In this document: positions 25,470 through 37,839 of the stretch, piece after piece
How positions within the stretch are numbered: the first letter of the stretch is position 1
Layout of the letters: every line of letters begins with the position of its first letter
DNA from: Vitrella brassicaformis CCMP3155
Taxonomy: Eukaryota; Protista; Chromerida
Assembly (NCBI GenBank): GCA_001179505.1
Contig: CDMY01000298.1
Span: 62,001 to 126,000, forward strand
DNA length: 64,000 nt
Direction: 5' to 3'
Made by a program: the position numbers and the translations under genes
The notes under the pieces: model-generated
The model's input: the letters and a program-made list of their open reading frames with translations, nothing else
Database searches by the model: none
What the model was told of the DNA's origin: nothing

Positions 25470-27165
25470 TCAGCCTACCGGTATCGCTCCCAGGTCAAAG
25501 TTGCCCTTCGTCTCTGAAGAGATGACATGAAGAGATGACAGCCAGCAAGGCACAAGTGAAGGCCAATGCTCGTGACAGGGCCCGTGGGTGGTGTCGTCTG
25601 TCTGCTTACTTACCCAGGTCCTCGCCATACTGGATGTTCGTGTCGATGTGCTGCATCAGCTCATCTGCACACAAACAACGCACAGACAGAGGTGGGTCGC
25701 TTCCCCAGAACAGACAGATTGATTCAGACAACGGGCTTCTCTCCTTTGGCGTGTCGTCTTACCGATAGAGTCCGGCTCCTGGATGTTGAGAGTCAGGAAA
25801 GACACCATGCTGTAGTCCTCCAGCTGCACACACACACACACACACACACATATCCACGTGGCCAAGGGGCAGCCTCGGCGGTGTCGTTTGTACTCACCAA
25901 TTCTCCCATGGCCCGATTGAGGTCATGATACCTCCCCAGCGGACCCTAAACAGAACGAACCACACGCACGCGTGGTGCCGCCCCCCTTACCCTTACTTAC
26001 TGCATGCCCCCCCTACCTACCTGCACTTGTGCGACGAGGTCCCTCGGTTCGCCCTGCAGATATCGGTCCACCTGCTCGCGATCGCTCTCCTCCAGCAAAT
26101 CGCACTTGGTCAACACCTGCATACACCACACACCGAAGGGCAGCATTATGGATGGATTGCCCTCCCTTGTGCGCGAGGGTGTTTGATATGGCCGGCTGCT
26201 TACATTGACGTGCGGAAGCTCCAGCTGCACCATCGCACTCAACGCCCTGCATGGAGCAAAGGGGCAGAAATTGAGCCGACTCTGCGCATGGTGTCCCCTG
26301 TGCTGGTGTGTACATGAGCGATCCGGCGATGAATTTGGGTATGTCGGTGATGAATGAGACGTCGAGGCAGCAGACCCCACATAACCGAAAGTCCAGTGTC
26401 TGCAGCTTGTCCACCAGCTGACGCATTATCGGCAGATGGTTGTACAACTCAATCTGACACATATATCATAAAAAACACGGGTACACAAGTCCACCTTTAC
26501 GCTGTTGAAAGCGATGGCACAGGTTGGTTGCTCACCTGCCCAGGGCAGTCGAAGAGAAAGTACTCGTCATCACCTGCACGCAATGGCACACGAGAACACA
26601 TGACAAAGGCAGGCGTAGGCAGGCGTTTTCGTCAGCTCTCCGTACCGAATTGGTCGAGCTCCGATTGCAGCCAATCGAAATTGTCAATCAGATACCTGCA
26701 AAACAGACAGACAGACAGACAGACAGACAAACGCGGACACCACATCTCATGTATACTCTTCACAGTCCCCCAGCTTCCTGTTCATGCTCAGCTCACTCCA
26801 TGGCGAAGACGAGCCCCCCGTTGGGTCCCAGATTCGACTCCTCCATCACATCCTCGAGAGTCACCAACTCACGCACGTCTACACAGACATCAACACGCCC
26901 TGTCTGCCTGTCATGCTGACCTGCTACTCTCACGCTCACCGATGGCACATGGGTATTCGAACTCCTCGGCAGCTGGGTCGAGGTTCACACAGCGCAGCAG
27001 ACGGCCGGAGCACTCGGCGTGCTTCGTAAGGGCCGCACAGTACGTGGACTGAAGGGCACACAAAGCACGCAAACAGATCCGTCGACTTGTCCGTTTCGGT
27101 GTGCTTTGTTTGTGTACCTTTCCGCATCCCGCTGGCCCAATGACAACCTGCCCGAACCGCACCAT
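25470..27165 (-). CDS. GPN3: GPN-loop GTPase 3
   Basis: [16 protein letters not shown]|STYC...[14 protein letters not shown]; [12 protein letters not shown] (GPN loop, ~26800-26830); YFLFDCPGQ|IELYNHLP; LELPHVN|VLTKCDL; [10 protein letters not shown]; QYGEDL|[14 protein letters not shown] (TGA 25472-25470). Confidence 0.92.
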
Positions 27166-27196
27166 GGGATTGCACCAAGCCAGGCGCTGGGGTGAA

Positions 27197-27231
27197 GGGT
27201 TAGGGTTTGGGCGCGAATTCTATAGCTCGCA
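27197..27231 (-). promoter_or_regulatory. Telo-box-like AAACCCTAA plus TGCGAGCT motif just upstream of GPN3
   Basis: GGGTTAGGGTTTGGG at 27197-27211 and AGCTCGCA at 27224-27231 on +, 32-66 nt upstream of the GPN3 ATG. Confidence 0.5.
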
Positions 27232-27613
27232 GGAGACGGGAAGGGGTGGCAGAAAATGCATATTTTCTGCCGCCTTTCCTGCTTCCAGCCCCTCCCCTCC
27301 CGCACCGCTGCACAGGCGCCAAGGCGTCCGTCCACCCCTTCGGTTATCGGCACGTTGCGCTCTCCTCCTGCCGCTGCTTTCTCTCCCGTGCGTGTGGGCT
27401 TGCTTTTACAAAACGTACGGCCATGGCACCTGTGGCTGTGTCTTCGTGTGTGCGTGTGTGCGTGCGTGTAGGTGGGCGGTTTTTCGATCGTCTCGGCTGG
27501 AGCTTCCTGCCTTGGGACGAGCGCCACTGACGTGCACCACGTCGCACCCAGCCCTCTGAAGCGCGGCGAGTGGATCAAGTACGAGTAGGAGAGAGGGGGC
27601 TGGAGAGAGCTGC

Positions 27614-28713
27614 ATGTCGTGCAGCGTGCAAGTGACGATGTGCACTGTGCAGAAACACCTTGCGTCATCGAGGTGCCGCAGGACGATCGACCTCGCAAGG
27701 CGGATGGAGAAGCTGGGCAAGGCGGCGGAGTACGAGCGCATCTACAAGGAGGAGCTCCTCAAGGCCAAGTGGCCCGACACGCTCCTCCTGTGCGCCAAGG
27801 GGATCGACAGCCTGGCTGCCTGCCATGCCAAGGCCGACGAGATCCTCGGCGCACTGCGCGAGCTCCACGTGCAGTCGTCCTTGGTCGACCTGGTGGAGGG
27901 TGGCGGAAGGAGGGAGCCGCGGAGGTGGAAACGCTGGTGAATATGGTGAACGAGAGAAACATCAGCCTGCTCAAGGCCGCCACAGCCACCATCTTCGTGC
28001 AGACCAGCGCCAGGCCGGAAGAGAGGAGCGAGGAAGGGCGGATGCCCTTGATCAGCGACCAGCTGGGCCAGCTGCTGCGGGGGTGCGATGCCGTGCTCTT
28101 TATACTGCCCCCCTGCCCGACCCCCTCCACCTCGCCCGCACCCTAAGAGCAAACCGAACGGGAGGCCACATACTAGGGAGGCCAGTCATGCCTCAGATGG
28201 GGAGGGCCCTGCATGTCCTGTACGTATTGGGAGGAGGGCATGGAGCGGCGGCAAGTGATTGAGGAGTGCATCGTCGTTGAGGAGGATCCTGTGGGTGCTG
28301 ATGATGCGTCTCGTGGTGCTGTCATGGATCTGGAGGAGCCGTCTGATCCACCACGGGACGATCAAGAACACCAGTCGCCGACCAACCAGAGGCCGCTGGT
28401 GGTTGAGGAGACAATCGAAGCAGAAGAGGGGGCTGTCGATGGTGAGCAGCAGATAGCCGATGAAAAGGAGGAGCCAATCGACTTTGAGCTAGCCGCACAA
28501 GACACCGGCAAAGAGGGTGCTGGTGTGGAGCAAGGAGGAATTTCTTCGAGGACAGTGATAAGGACAGTGTTCGAGGGTGGGGGGCTCCTTGACGAGCATT
28601 GGAGACGCAGTGTGGGGGCCATCTCGAGCTCATATTTCTCGTCACCGGTGACGCCGCAACCTTCACTCAACACAAGTGACTTGAGGGAGCAGTTCCTGCC
28701 TGCTGCAGGGTGA
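27614..28713 (+). pseudogene. Fragmented hypothetical coding sequence with apparent frameshift
   Basis: Coding-like text ARRMEKLGKAAEYERIYKEELLKAKW...SLVDLVEG in one frame switches near 27900-27915 to KEGAAEVETLVNMVNERNISLLKAATATIF in another with no plausible intron; acidic ORF 28213-28713 follows. Confidence 0.35.
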
Positions 28714-29689
28714 GTGAGTACTGAGGCAGACATTCACGCATACGTTTGTCATCCGACATGTGGCTGTGACCTCTCATTCTCATTCTCAGGTCGGGTGGTC
28801 TCATCAGCGACGCCACTCTCGCTAACCTGTCTCTCTGGGCCGTCAACGGCTCTCACGTGTCGCTGGCGGGCGACCTCAGCGTCGTAGCCTTCCCTCCGCT
28901 CACCGACCACCTTGCCTTCACCATCCAGCACGTCACCGGTCAGCCGCTTAGCTTACCTCCTACCGGGGGCTGGAGAGAACAGTGACGATGTGTAGAGAAA
29001 CCTTGCGTCGTCATCGACAAGAAGCATGACAAGCCCAGATATCGACTGTCGACAAAGGGAGGGATGCGTTTGAGGTGCTGATGGATTTGATGGAGGCCTT
29101 AAGGGAGAGAGAGAGGCTGGACGGCAGACACATCCTGAGCATGGCTGGCTGCACATGTGACAAAGAGGTGAGTAAGGATGGAGGGATGTATGGGTCCAGA
29201 GCTGATGTGGAGCGCGCGTGTGTGTGCAGGGAAGTGTATCTGACAACAGACTGGCACACCTCCATGTCGAGGGGAGGTTTCGCGTGGTGCCTGTCATGTG
29301 CGCATGGATGTATCGTGGACCATCCTCAGCCGAAGCCTAGCGCACGTGCCGCTCGCTATGCGGGGGGGGGACCCCGCAGCATAGGTATACCTGCAGACAG
29401 AGAGATGTGCATTTCTTTCCCTCTTCTCTGAGCGCATGTCTCTTCCTCTGTCTGTGTCAGATCGCCGCCTGCATTTTATATCATCTTGCCACTTTCGCCG
29501 ACTTCGTCTGCTCATCTGTGACTGCCTACAACTTTCCCTCAAAGGACAAGGAGAGGCCACTGATCCCCCGCCGCCCTCAACTGAACAAGACGGGCAGACT
29601 CATCACCGGGCCCCGGTGCACAAGGAGAGGCCGAGATACATCCGTCATCAATTCCATCGCTCACTCATGCCAATCCGGTGGTTGAATGT

Positions 29690-32600
29690 GCAGGTGTTTT
29701 AAATCAGCAACGAGAACGACGCGGCGCACAAGAGATGGCTGCAGGCGGAGAAAAACAAGAAAGCCATGGACGCTGCAAAGCACATCTGGAGTGCACGCCC
29801 GCCGTGCTCTTGTCAACTTCGCCAACATAAGCTCCGGCCCAAGTACGCGCCAGCAGGCGGCACGTCCACAACAAAATCATGGCATGTCTGGCTTTCTTGG
29901 TGCGTGTTGTTCAGCGGAACCTGGCTCGATAGTGCGGAGCACCACTACATCACCAGTTCTATCAGCGCAACCGCTGGGCTGCAGAAGCCGTCTCTGGAGC
30001 CCGACCTCGATTGCACAGCCACGCCAGCGGCACCCAGGCCGCCCACACAGGTAATGTACGTGCAAGAGAGATGTGGTGTTCCTCTCCGTGCGTGTGTGCA
30101 AGTGGTATGAGCGGCGACTGATTAGCATCATCCTGGTCGGTCCCCAGACGGCAAGCGTACACAGCAACGGCAAGCATACACACCATATGGATTGGTCTCC
30201 GCCTTTGCCCTTGTGTGTATGTCTGCGTCTGTATATCTATGTGTGCTTCAGGAAGCCAGACGGAAGATCCGGCTGCTGGAGTACGCCCAGCACGACACGG
30301 ACCTATTTGGCGAGCTGGCCGCCGCCAACCTTGCCGCCAGGGGCAAGAAGACCACGGCACCACTCCAGCAGTCCCGAGGAGACTCCCTGCCGCCATCGCC
30401 AAGCCAAACCAGCCGCGCACCGTCACCCGCCGCATCGCCAGCACAGCCAGCCGACCTCATCGCCCATGATATGGAAGCGCTCTGCAGCCATCTCAGCTGC
30501 ACGCGGCAGCGCCACAAGTGGCTGCGCCCCAGCAGCGAGCGCTCTTGAGAAGAAGACAGCTGAACCGGCATCTCCGCCTGTCCCTTCCACCCCAAGCGGC
30601 ACCAATGTGCGCCCCCCCATCCACCCCAAAGCACGACAGCAACCGCCGCGGGAGGCAGGCGCGAGAAGACGGGATCAGCGGGGGATCAGAAAGGGAGGGG
30701 GATTTTTGCTGAGTAAGGCGTGCTGTGGCGGCTCGTTCTCTCGTGAGGAGGAGAGGGAAAGGGAGATAGTCTTCGGGGGGGAGAACGAGGAGGAAATGCT
30801 GGCAGCCACGGAGGAGCCATCGCTGCCGAGCGAGCCGCCCACCGCCGAGTACATCGCAAGCCGGGGGAGGACGGCACGGCCTGGAAAGTCGCGGCCCATG
30901 ATATGCAAGCTTCCGCAGGTGGCGGGCGACCAGCCATCGATGACGAAGTAAGATCACACACACATTATGGGCTGGTACGCCATGTAATGTGACATTGATG
31001 TGTTTCTTCTTTCAGGCGGCACCTTCGCCAGCACAGCCCACCGCCCGCAGGGGCCGGGGAGGAGGGAGTCGGTGGCCACGTGGCCGGGATAGTGGCACTG
31101 GCGGCAGAGTGAGGGGCGACTCGGACGAGCCGATGCTGCCTGTGGGGCTGGTGGATGACGTAGAGGTGGACAGAGAGGAGGACAAGATGCCTCGTCTGCC
31201 TGCTGTGGAGACCGAGAGGCGGCCACAGGAACTGCCTGAGGATGTAAGCACATAAGCAAACCATACCCAGAGAGAGAGAGAGAGAGTGCCGCCCGATGAC
31301 GTCCGTATGTGTGTGTGTGTTCTTTTTTTGTTTGTCCCTTCAGGTGGTGGTGTGTCAGACGCCCAGTGAGGCCTCCCACCGCGACCCCGCCGGCGCGCGA
31401 GAGGAGCCCAAAGAGCCAAAGCACGACTCTGAGCCACCAGAGCCGAACCAAATGGACGACCTTCCTGACGAGCCCGATGAGTTGCCGCCCTCGCCGGGCG
31501 ACTCGCACCCACCACCACGACCCGATGACCCATCCCCGCCACCAGCAGAAGCAGCACCAGCAGCACCAGCGCTCCCGACCGCTCCACCGGCTGTCGCCAG
31601 TGGTGCGTCACCCGGTGGCAGCCGACCACCACCAGCACCACGCGACGACAACCAAGCGCCGGAGGAAGAGGTGGGCGAGGTCGAGAGCCCAGACGAGCCC
31701 ACCCCAGCCGCCACGAAGCCGTCGTCGCCACCCCGACCAGAGGAGAAGGATAAGAGCCGGGAGGAGCCCAAAGCCACCTAGGAGCCTCCAGCGGCAGCCG
31801 CCACTGGTGCGTCACCGCCGCGTGACGAGGAGAGGGAGGCTAAAGATCACGAGCTGGAGGGGAGGGTGAATGAGAGTGAGAAGGAGGACACGTCCTTGAT
31901 TAGACCAAAGTTGCAGACGGCTTCCTCGCCCATTTTCAGCGACGAGTCGACAGGTACGCAGAAGTACCGCGACTGCACTCTCATTAATCATACCATGTCA
32001 CATTTGATGGTTGGTTGTGTTCTTTCTCTCAGATGGCGGTGCTTCCGATGAGCGCGGCTCATCATCACCGGACTCGCCGACGCCGTACCCGCCGCCACCG
32101 CAGCAACCGACCAGCACCGTCACACCTGAGCTTACAGCAGCACTGACCGCCCTGCCGCCTCTCGCTGCCGGCACCACGCTCGCACTGGACAGCCCCACGG
32201 ACACCTTCGAGTACAGCAGGCAGCTTGAGGGCGGCAGGGGCGACTTCGCCCTGTGGGAGGGCGAGTTCATCAGGCGAGGGCGGCGCACGCCAGTCGTGAT
32301 GAAGTTCATCACGCAAGAGCCCCGTCGACGAGACGTCGACTTTGTGGAGGGCCTTGTCGATACGTTAGAGGGAGAGGTGGCGGCTCTGCAGGTGATTGAC
32401 AGAGCCATCAATGTCGCAATACGTGTACCGCCCCCATGTCTGCCCATCGGCTAAGCGGCCAGTGCTCTGCTTATGGCGTCTGGATGCCCGCCGAGGGTTG
32501 ACCACGATGGGCGTCCGACTGTGGAGAAGGTGAGTTCAGGGATAGCGCAACCTTCACGCCGCCGCGCAAACATCCAGAAATCATGTCTCTATGTATCTGT

Positions 32601-32760
32601 GTATGCAGGGAATCATCGAAATCGAGGGACCCCGTGGTCCTAAATATGTGGCAGATTGCTGCGTGCATTTTATATTCCGAGTCTCGTACAGCTTCGCCTG
32701 CCGCTAACACTGCCTGCCTCGATTTTGCATCACTCTGTCCTTCTTCCGCTTATGCGATGC
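29690..32760 (+). pseudogene. Decayed paralogue of the kinase-like gene at 35334-37818
   Basis: 30530-30900 aligns with 35520-35900 at DNA level; 32011-32454 encodes a kinase N-lobe (QLEGGRGDFALWEG..VVMKF..DTLEGE) matching the downstream copy, then ends PIG* where the PSAKRP text continues in another frame; catalytic lobe not found intact. Confidence 0.6.
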
Positions 32761-32789
32761 GTTAGTGTTTACATGATCCTGGCCTAATC

Positions 32790-34400
32790 CTCCCCTCCTT
32801 CGCGGGTCCGCCGAGTATGGAATCATCGCAGTCTTCGGCTGGGCCTGAGGGCGAATGTGACGGTGAGGTGACGCAGGAGATGTTGGAGGCGCTACGAGGG
32901 GAGTTCGAGCAACACACCCAGAGGGTGCTCAATGGATTGACGGATGGATACATGGACGGTTGAATGGATGGGTGGCTGTATGGTCTCCTTGTACAGATGG
33001 AGGCGATGTATCGTGAGGAGATGGATAGGATCAAGACGCTCGAGCGGCTGCACGCACAAGTAAGTAGATCACCCGCTGCGCGGGCTGCGGCGGCGGGCAT
33101 GTGCTGGGATTTCTGCACTCGCTGTTGTTGTGCGCAGATGGGGGAGGCTTGCCGTAAGGAGTTGCTGCGGATCAAGACGGTCGAGCAGCAGTACGCACAG
33201 GTAGGAGGGCAGATCATCCACAGATCTTCCATTTGTTTGTGTCCGTCTTGTGCAGGAGTTGGTGACATTGAAGCGTCAGCTTGAGGAGGAAGCTGCTCAG
33301 AGGCGGATGCAAGTGCAGGTGCGTCGTGCGTCTGTCAGAAAGGAGTCTGTTATGATATGTGGAATATCCCTGTGTCATGCATGCGTTTAGGCACTGCACA
33401 GGCATGTCGTTGATGAGGTGACGACGGCCGTGCAGGTCGGCTTCCATGACGACAAAGAGGAGCTGAAGACAGACCTACTTCAGAGGCTCAGGGCGATGGA
33501 CCTCCCTCTCTCAGGGCGATGCGACTTGCTCCACGAGAGAGTCGACAACAGCAAATCGGTAGGCAGACCTGCACAACATACCCGCTCTGATTCATTGTTG
33601 TGGCTGCTCGTTGCAGCACGAAGGCGCGAAGCTCAAAGCGGCCTCTCAACACATTTGCATTCCAGGCCAGCAGGTAAGAAACATGAGCATCCGCGAACGC
33701 TGCCCACATTTGTGTGTGTGTGTGTGTGTGTCGCGCGCAGTTTTTGCGTTTGTCATCTCGCCTTGGCAGCTATCGTGCTCTGCATGATTGGTTGAGCCGC
33801 TTCATGGACATCAAGTCGATCAACCTATTCTACAAGTACTGACACTAGACACCGCACGCACCCATTTGATTTCGGGCATGTGCACCTTTCAGGTCGTCAC
33901 GGGATGGTTTCAAGTACCCCACGTTCCTCGACAAAACTCATGGCATCTCCAGACTGCTGCTGCTGATGCGCGATGGGCCCACCCACCTCCTCGCCTGCAC
34001 CGTCGACGGCCCGCTGGCAGAGGGCAAGAAGACCCGCTGCCTGGTCTCCTTCTACGCCATCACCGGGCCGTATGACTCACCCACCAAGATCACCACCCCC
34101 GCAGATGGCGGCGGGCAACGACAATACCTGCCGTATGTGGCGCTGGCGGGACGGGAGGAGTTGCGAGGCGGAGATGGGCAGCCGATCGCCCATGTGTCCA
34201 TCGGTGTGGAGCATGGACCAGCTGTCTGGCTCGGCTATACACAGCCCGACCCGGCAGCTGATCTCACCAGCTGCTACATGAGAGCCACACGGCTTAGCTT
34301 GCCAGACGGCTATTGAGGGGAGGTCGAGGAAGGCCGCTGCCCACTGGCGGGACGCGTGCAGTTCTCCATCACCGAGATGGAAGTCTGGGAGCTCACCTAG
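32790..34400 (+). pseudogene. Coiled-coil + TLDc-domain gene with in-frame TGA at 34314-34316
   Basis: Coiled-coil exons (EAMYREEMDRIKTLERLHAQ, ELLRIKTVEQQYAQ), then spliced LFYK|SSRDGFKYPTFLDKTHGISRLLLLMRDGPTHLLAC (TLDc start L.Y..SRDGF) ... LPDGY-TGA-GEVEEGRCPLAGRVQFSITEMEVWELT-TAG (TLDc end F...E.EVW). Start uncertain. Confidence 0.65.
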
Positions 34401-35333
34401 GTAAGAAAAGACCCCAAAAATCAAGAGGATGGCAGATGTTGGTTGTGCACTGGTTGGTCCGGGCAATGGTCCTTTATTGCTGTCTGTCAGGTGTAGAAGC
34501 TACTGATCGAAGCGACACTTGTGTCCAATTTCACTCGTTACGATACAGTACCAACAGACAGACAGACAGACAGACTCTTGTATGACTGCATGCATCCATG
34601 CACACAGATTGCGGCGGCATGTATGTGGGTATGGGTGTGCATGTGTACCGGTGTGGCTGGCTTTTACGCTATGTACCTTCGCACAATGAAGGCTTCTTGG
34701 TTTATGCGTGCAAACAGAGAGAAACACAACTCGCGTTCAATCGGTCACTGACGCGTTTGTCAGTGGGCGATTGTCGCAGCGACTTGCACCGACAAACAAG
34801 AGGCTTCCAAGAAGGCTGTAGCGAGACAACGCCTAGAGCGGTTTGTCTTTCCCCTGCCGGGCTCGCCTCTTGGTGGATGTCAGGGGTCTTGTGGTCATAT
34901 GATATATCCTTGCACAATCCCATCAATGAATCGCCGACGGACAGAAGAGACGTCTCGTACGTTTGTCACTCGTCACTCGTCACGAGGCGCGGTGATTCTC
35001 TGCTTCTGTGCCGCCTTTTTTCCCGCCATCCTTCTTCCCACTACCATCCCTACCCCCTTCTTGGCCTGCTTGGGTCGATTGTATTCTTGACGCGGAACGA
35101 CTCCTATCGATACGATACAACCTTTGGACGTACCTTTGGCAAGCGACTGGGAGCGAGATCTGCTTGCGGGTGCACCAGCAAATACAAAACTCGACGGACG
35201 CCTCCCCGAAGCAATCGACACAATCTAGCAAGAGGTTCAGGCCTTGTCCGATTCGTTCAATCCTCCCGAAAATCGCATGGAGTTAGGGGCGGGGAAAACC
35301 CTGCTTCGGCCGCGAGTGTGAAACGCCAACGAG

Positions 35334-37818
35334 ATGATGGCATTTCACGCCTCTGTTCGTCCCCCATATGGCTTCCTGCCATTTCAACAGCACGTGTACC
35401 ACCCCATGCCCCCCTCTCTGCACGCACTCACTGGACTCGCTGGAGCGCCTGCGGCCGCACAGCCACATCCGGCTTATTTCCACCCGCCGTGGCCTCCAGC
35501 CACCTCTGCCGCACGTGGCAGCGCCAGAACTGGCAGCGCCCGAGCGAAGGACCATCCCTGCATCGCTGTGCCGGCATCCCAGGCGCCTGTCCCTCTCACC
35601 CCCAGCGGCACCAACGTGCGCCCCCCCGTCCACCCTTCAGCACGACAGAAACCGCCGCGGGAGGCAGGCGTCAGAATGCGGCACCAGCAGCAGCGGACTA
35701 AGGGACGGGGATTTCTGCTTAGTGAGGGGTGTTGCGGTGGCGCATTCTCTCGAGAGGAGGAGAGAGAGAGGGAGATAGTCCTTGAGGAGGAGAACTACGA
35801 GGGCAAGGAGAACGAGGAGGAGATGATAGCATCCGTAGACGATGAGCCGCCCTTGTTGTCGAGCCAGCCGCCCGCCGCCAAGTACGTTGCCGGCCGGGGG
35901 AGGAGGGCGATGATCATGGCGCGGCCACGGACGCCGAGAGCCGACACGCCGCCGCCATTGCCTATGGTGCCAATGGAGCAGTCGCGAGCAAGAGACCCAT
36001 CGCCGCCACCATACACACACAAGAGGTAAGACCACACACAAGTCCACGAACAGACCTGAACAGTTCGTTTTGTTTGTGGACCATCTGTCCCTTTCAATTC
36101 AGGTCGATACCGAGGCCACCATCGACGTCGATCCGTCGAGTTGAGACCAAGAGCCCCCCTCCCAACTTTCCACTGGCGGCCTTCTTCAGCAACCAGCCGG
36201 TCATCACGCCAATCGAGCAGCGGGAGAGAGAGGAACGGGGAGAGGGCAAGGGCGAGCCAGCGACACTCCCATTGTGTAGCAGCGACTTGAAGGAGGGATC
36301 CCCGTCCCCTGCAAGCGACGAGTCGACAGGTACGCACACACTATATCACATGATTTCGGTGTCCAATGACCCATGGGCTGATTGTCTCCTCTGCTGCAGG
36401 TGCAGGCGCGTCTGATGACGGCAGCTCTGCTGGAGCGGGGTCGCCAGCGGCATCACAGCCCCGGGCAGCACTCGCCACAATCCCCCCTTTCCACCCCCCT
36501 CTCCTTGCCGGCACCGCTTTGGCGGTCAGCCCCACCGCCACATTCGAGTGTGGCAGGCAGCTGAGCGGCGGGAGGGGGGTCTTTGCTCTGTGGGAGGGAG
36601 ACTTCGTCGGGCAGGGGCGGCGCACGCCAGCCGTGATGAACTTCATCACGACGGATCAGACGGAGAAGGGGGCCATGTTTGTCGAGCACCTGGTGGACAC
36701 GTTGGTGGGCGAAGCGGCGTGTCTGCAGGCCATCAACATGGCCATTGAGGAGGAGTTGGTGCTGCCGCAGTACCTCTACGACCCGCAGATTCGCCCGTCA
36801 GCCAAGCGGCCGGGCACCACCTGGATGGCCCCCAAGCTGCTGGGGACGGCATCGGATCTGCCCCAGCTGCGGCCGGTGGTGGAAAGCTGCCTGGAGGTGA
36901 AGAAGATACCTGGTGCGGGCGTTTGCATGGTCATGGAGAAGATTGGCTCAGGTATGGCGCGACAATCGCACACACAGCCGTCCACACGGCCATCGACATG
37001 TCGTGCGTCTCTGTGTATGTCTATACTCATGCAGGGCATACTGTGTGGGACTTCATCTGCCAGGCGAGCCCACTCAACCCCGCCCTTCGTGCAGACGCCC
37101 TCTACTGCGCCATCATGGGAGTCAACATCCTCCTGGCCATGCTCTCCCTGCACCGGATCGGGATTCTCCACGATGACCTCCACTGGTCAAACGTCCTCAT
37201 TCGCAGCCCCGCCACCGCTCAAGTCGCCATCATCGACTACGAAGCCGCCCGAGACAAGAGTGCGGTGGAGAGCGGCACGGCGAGGGACGTACGGACCCAG
37301 CCCCCCGCCCCCTGCGACACACCGTTCCACCTGATCGGCCTGCTGTGCAACAGGAGCTTCCCCATCCACCACTACACCGACTACGTGTCGGTGGCCTGGA
37401 TGGTGCTCCTGCTGGCCTTCAGTGTGAAGGACGTCGGTCGCATTGTTGCGGCGGTGCAGCGGCAGAGGGACGGGCTGATTGAGGGGTGCCTGGCTGGCGA
37501 TTCTGATCTCAACGAGGGGATAGTGCGGGGCTGGTACGAGGCGGGTGTGCAGGCGGCGATCGCGAAGGCCCAACGAGCGAAGAGCACCTTTCAGCAGCGG
37601 GCGGTGGAGCTGCTCGAGCTTTGCTGCTCGGAGGCCCTCAAGGGTGATGGGATGGGGGAGGAGGCCATGATGGGCAGGGTACACCAATACATCCAAGATA
37701 CTATCAACGGTAAGATGACATGGGGTGGGGGAGCCCTTGATGTGTTCCATTGCACTCATGTCTGTCCACTTGTCCGCCCGTCTGTTCGTCGTCAGATGTG
37801 CGTAAGAAGATGAAGTAG
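35334..37818 (+). CDS. Divergent protein-kinase-like protein with low-complexity N-terminus; possible pseudokinase
   Basis: Exons ~35334-36025, 36102-36329, 36400-36951, 37039-37709, 37796-37818. Gly-loop LSGGRGVFALWEG, beta3 AVMNF, alphaC DTLVGE, catalytic loop LHRIGILHDDLHWSNVLI, Mg-binding IIDYE. Confidence 0.75.
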
Positions 37819-37839
37819 CGTGAGTCGTGGTGAGGGACG

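Noticed and set aside
34314-34700. Selenocysteine reading of the TLDc TGA
   Set aside because: No SECIS-like AUGA/AA/GA stem seen downstream, and the position is not a recognised redox Cys site.
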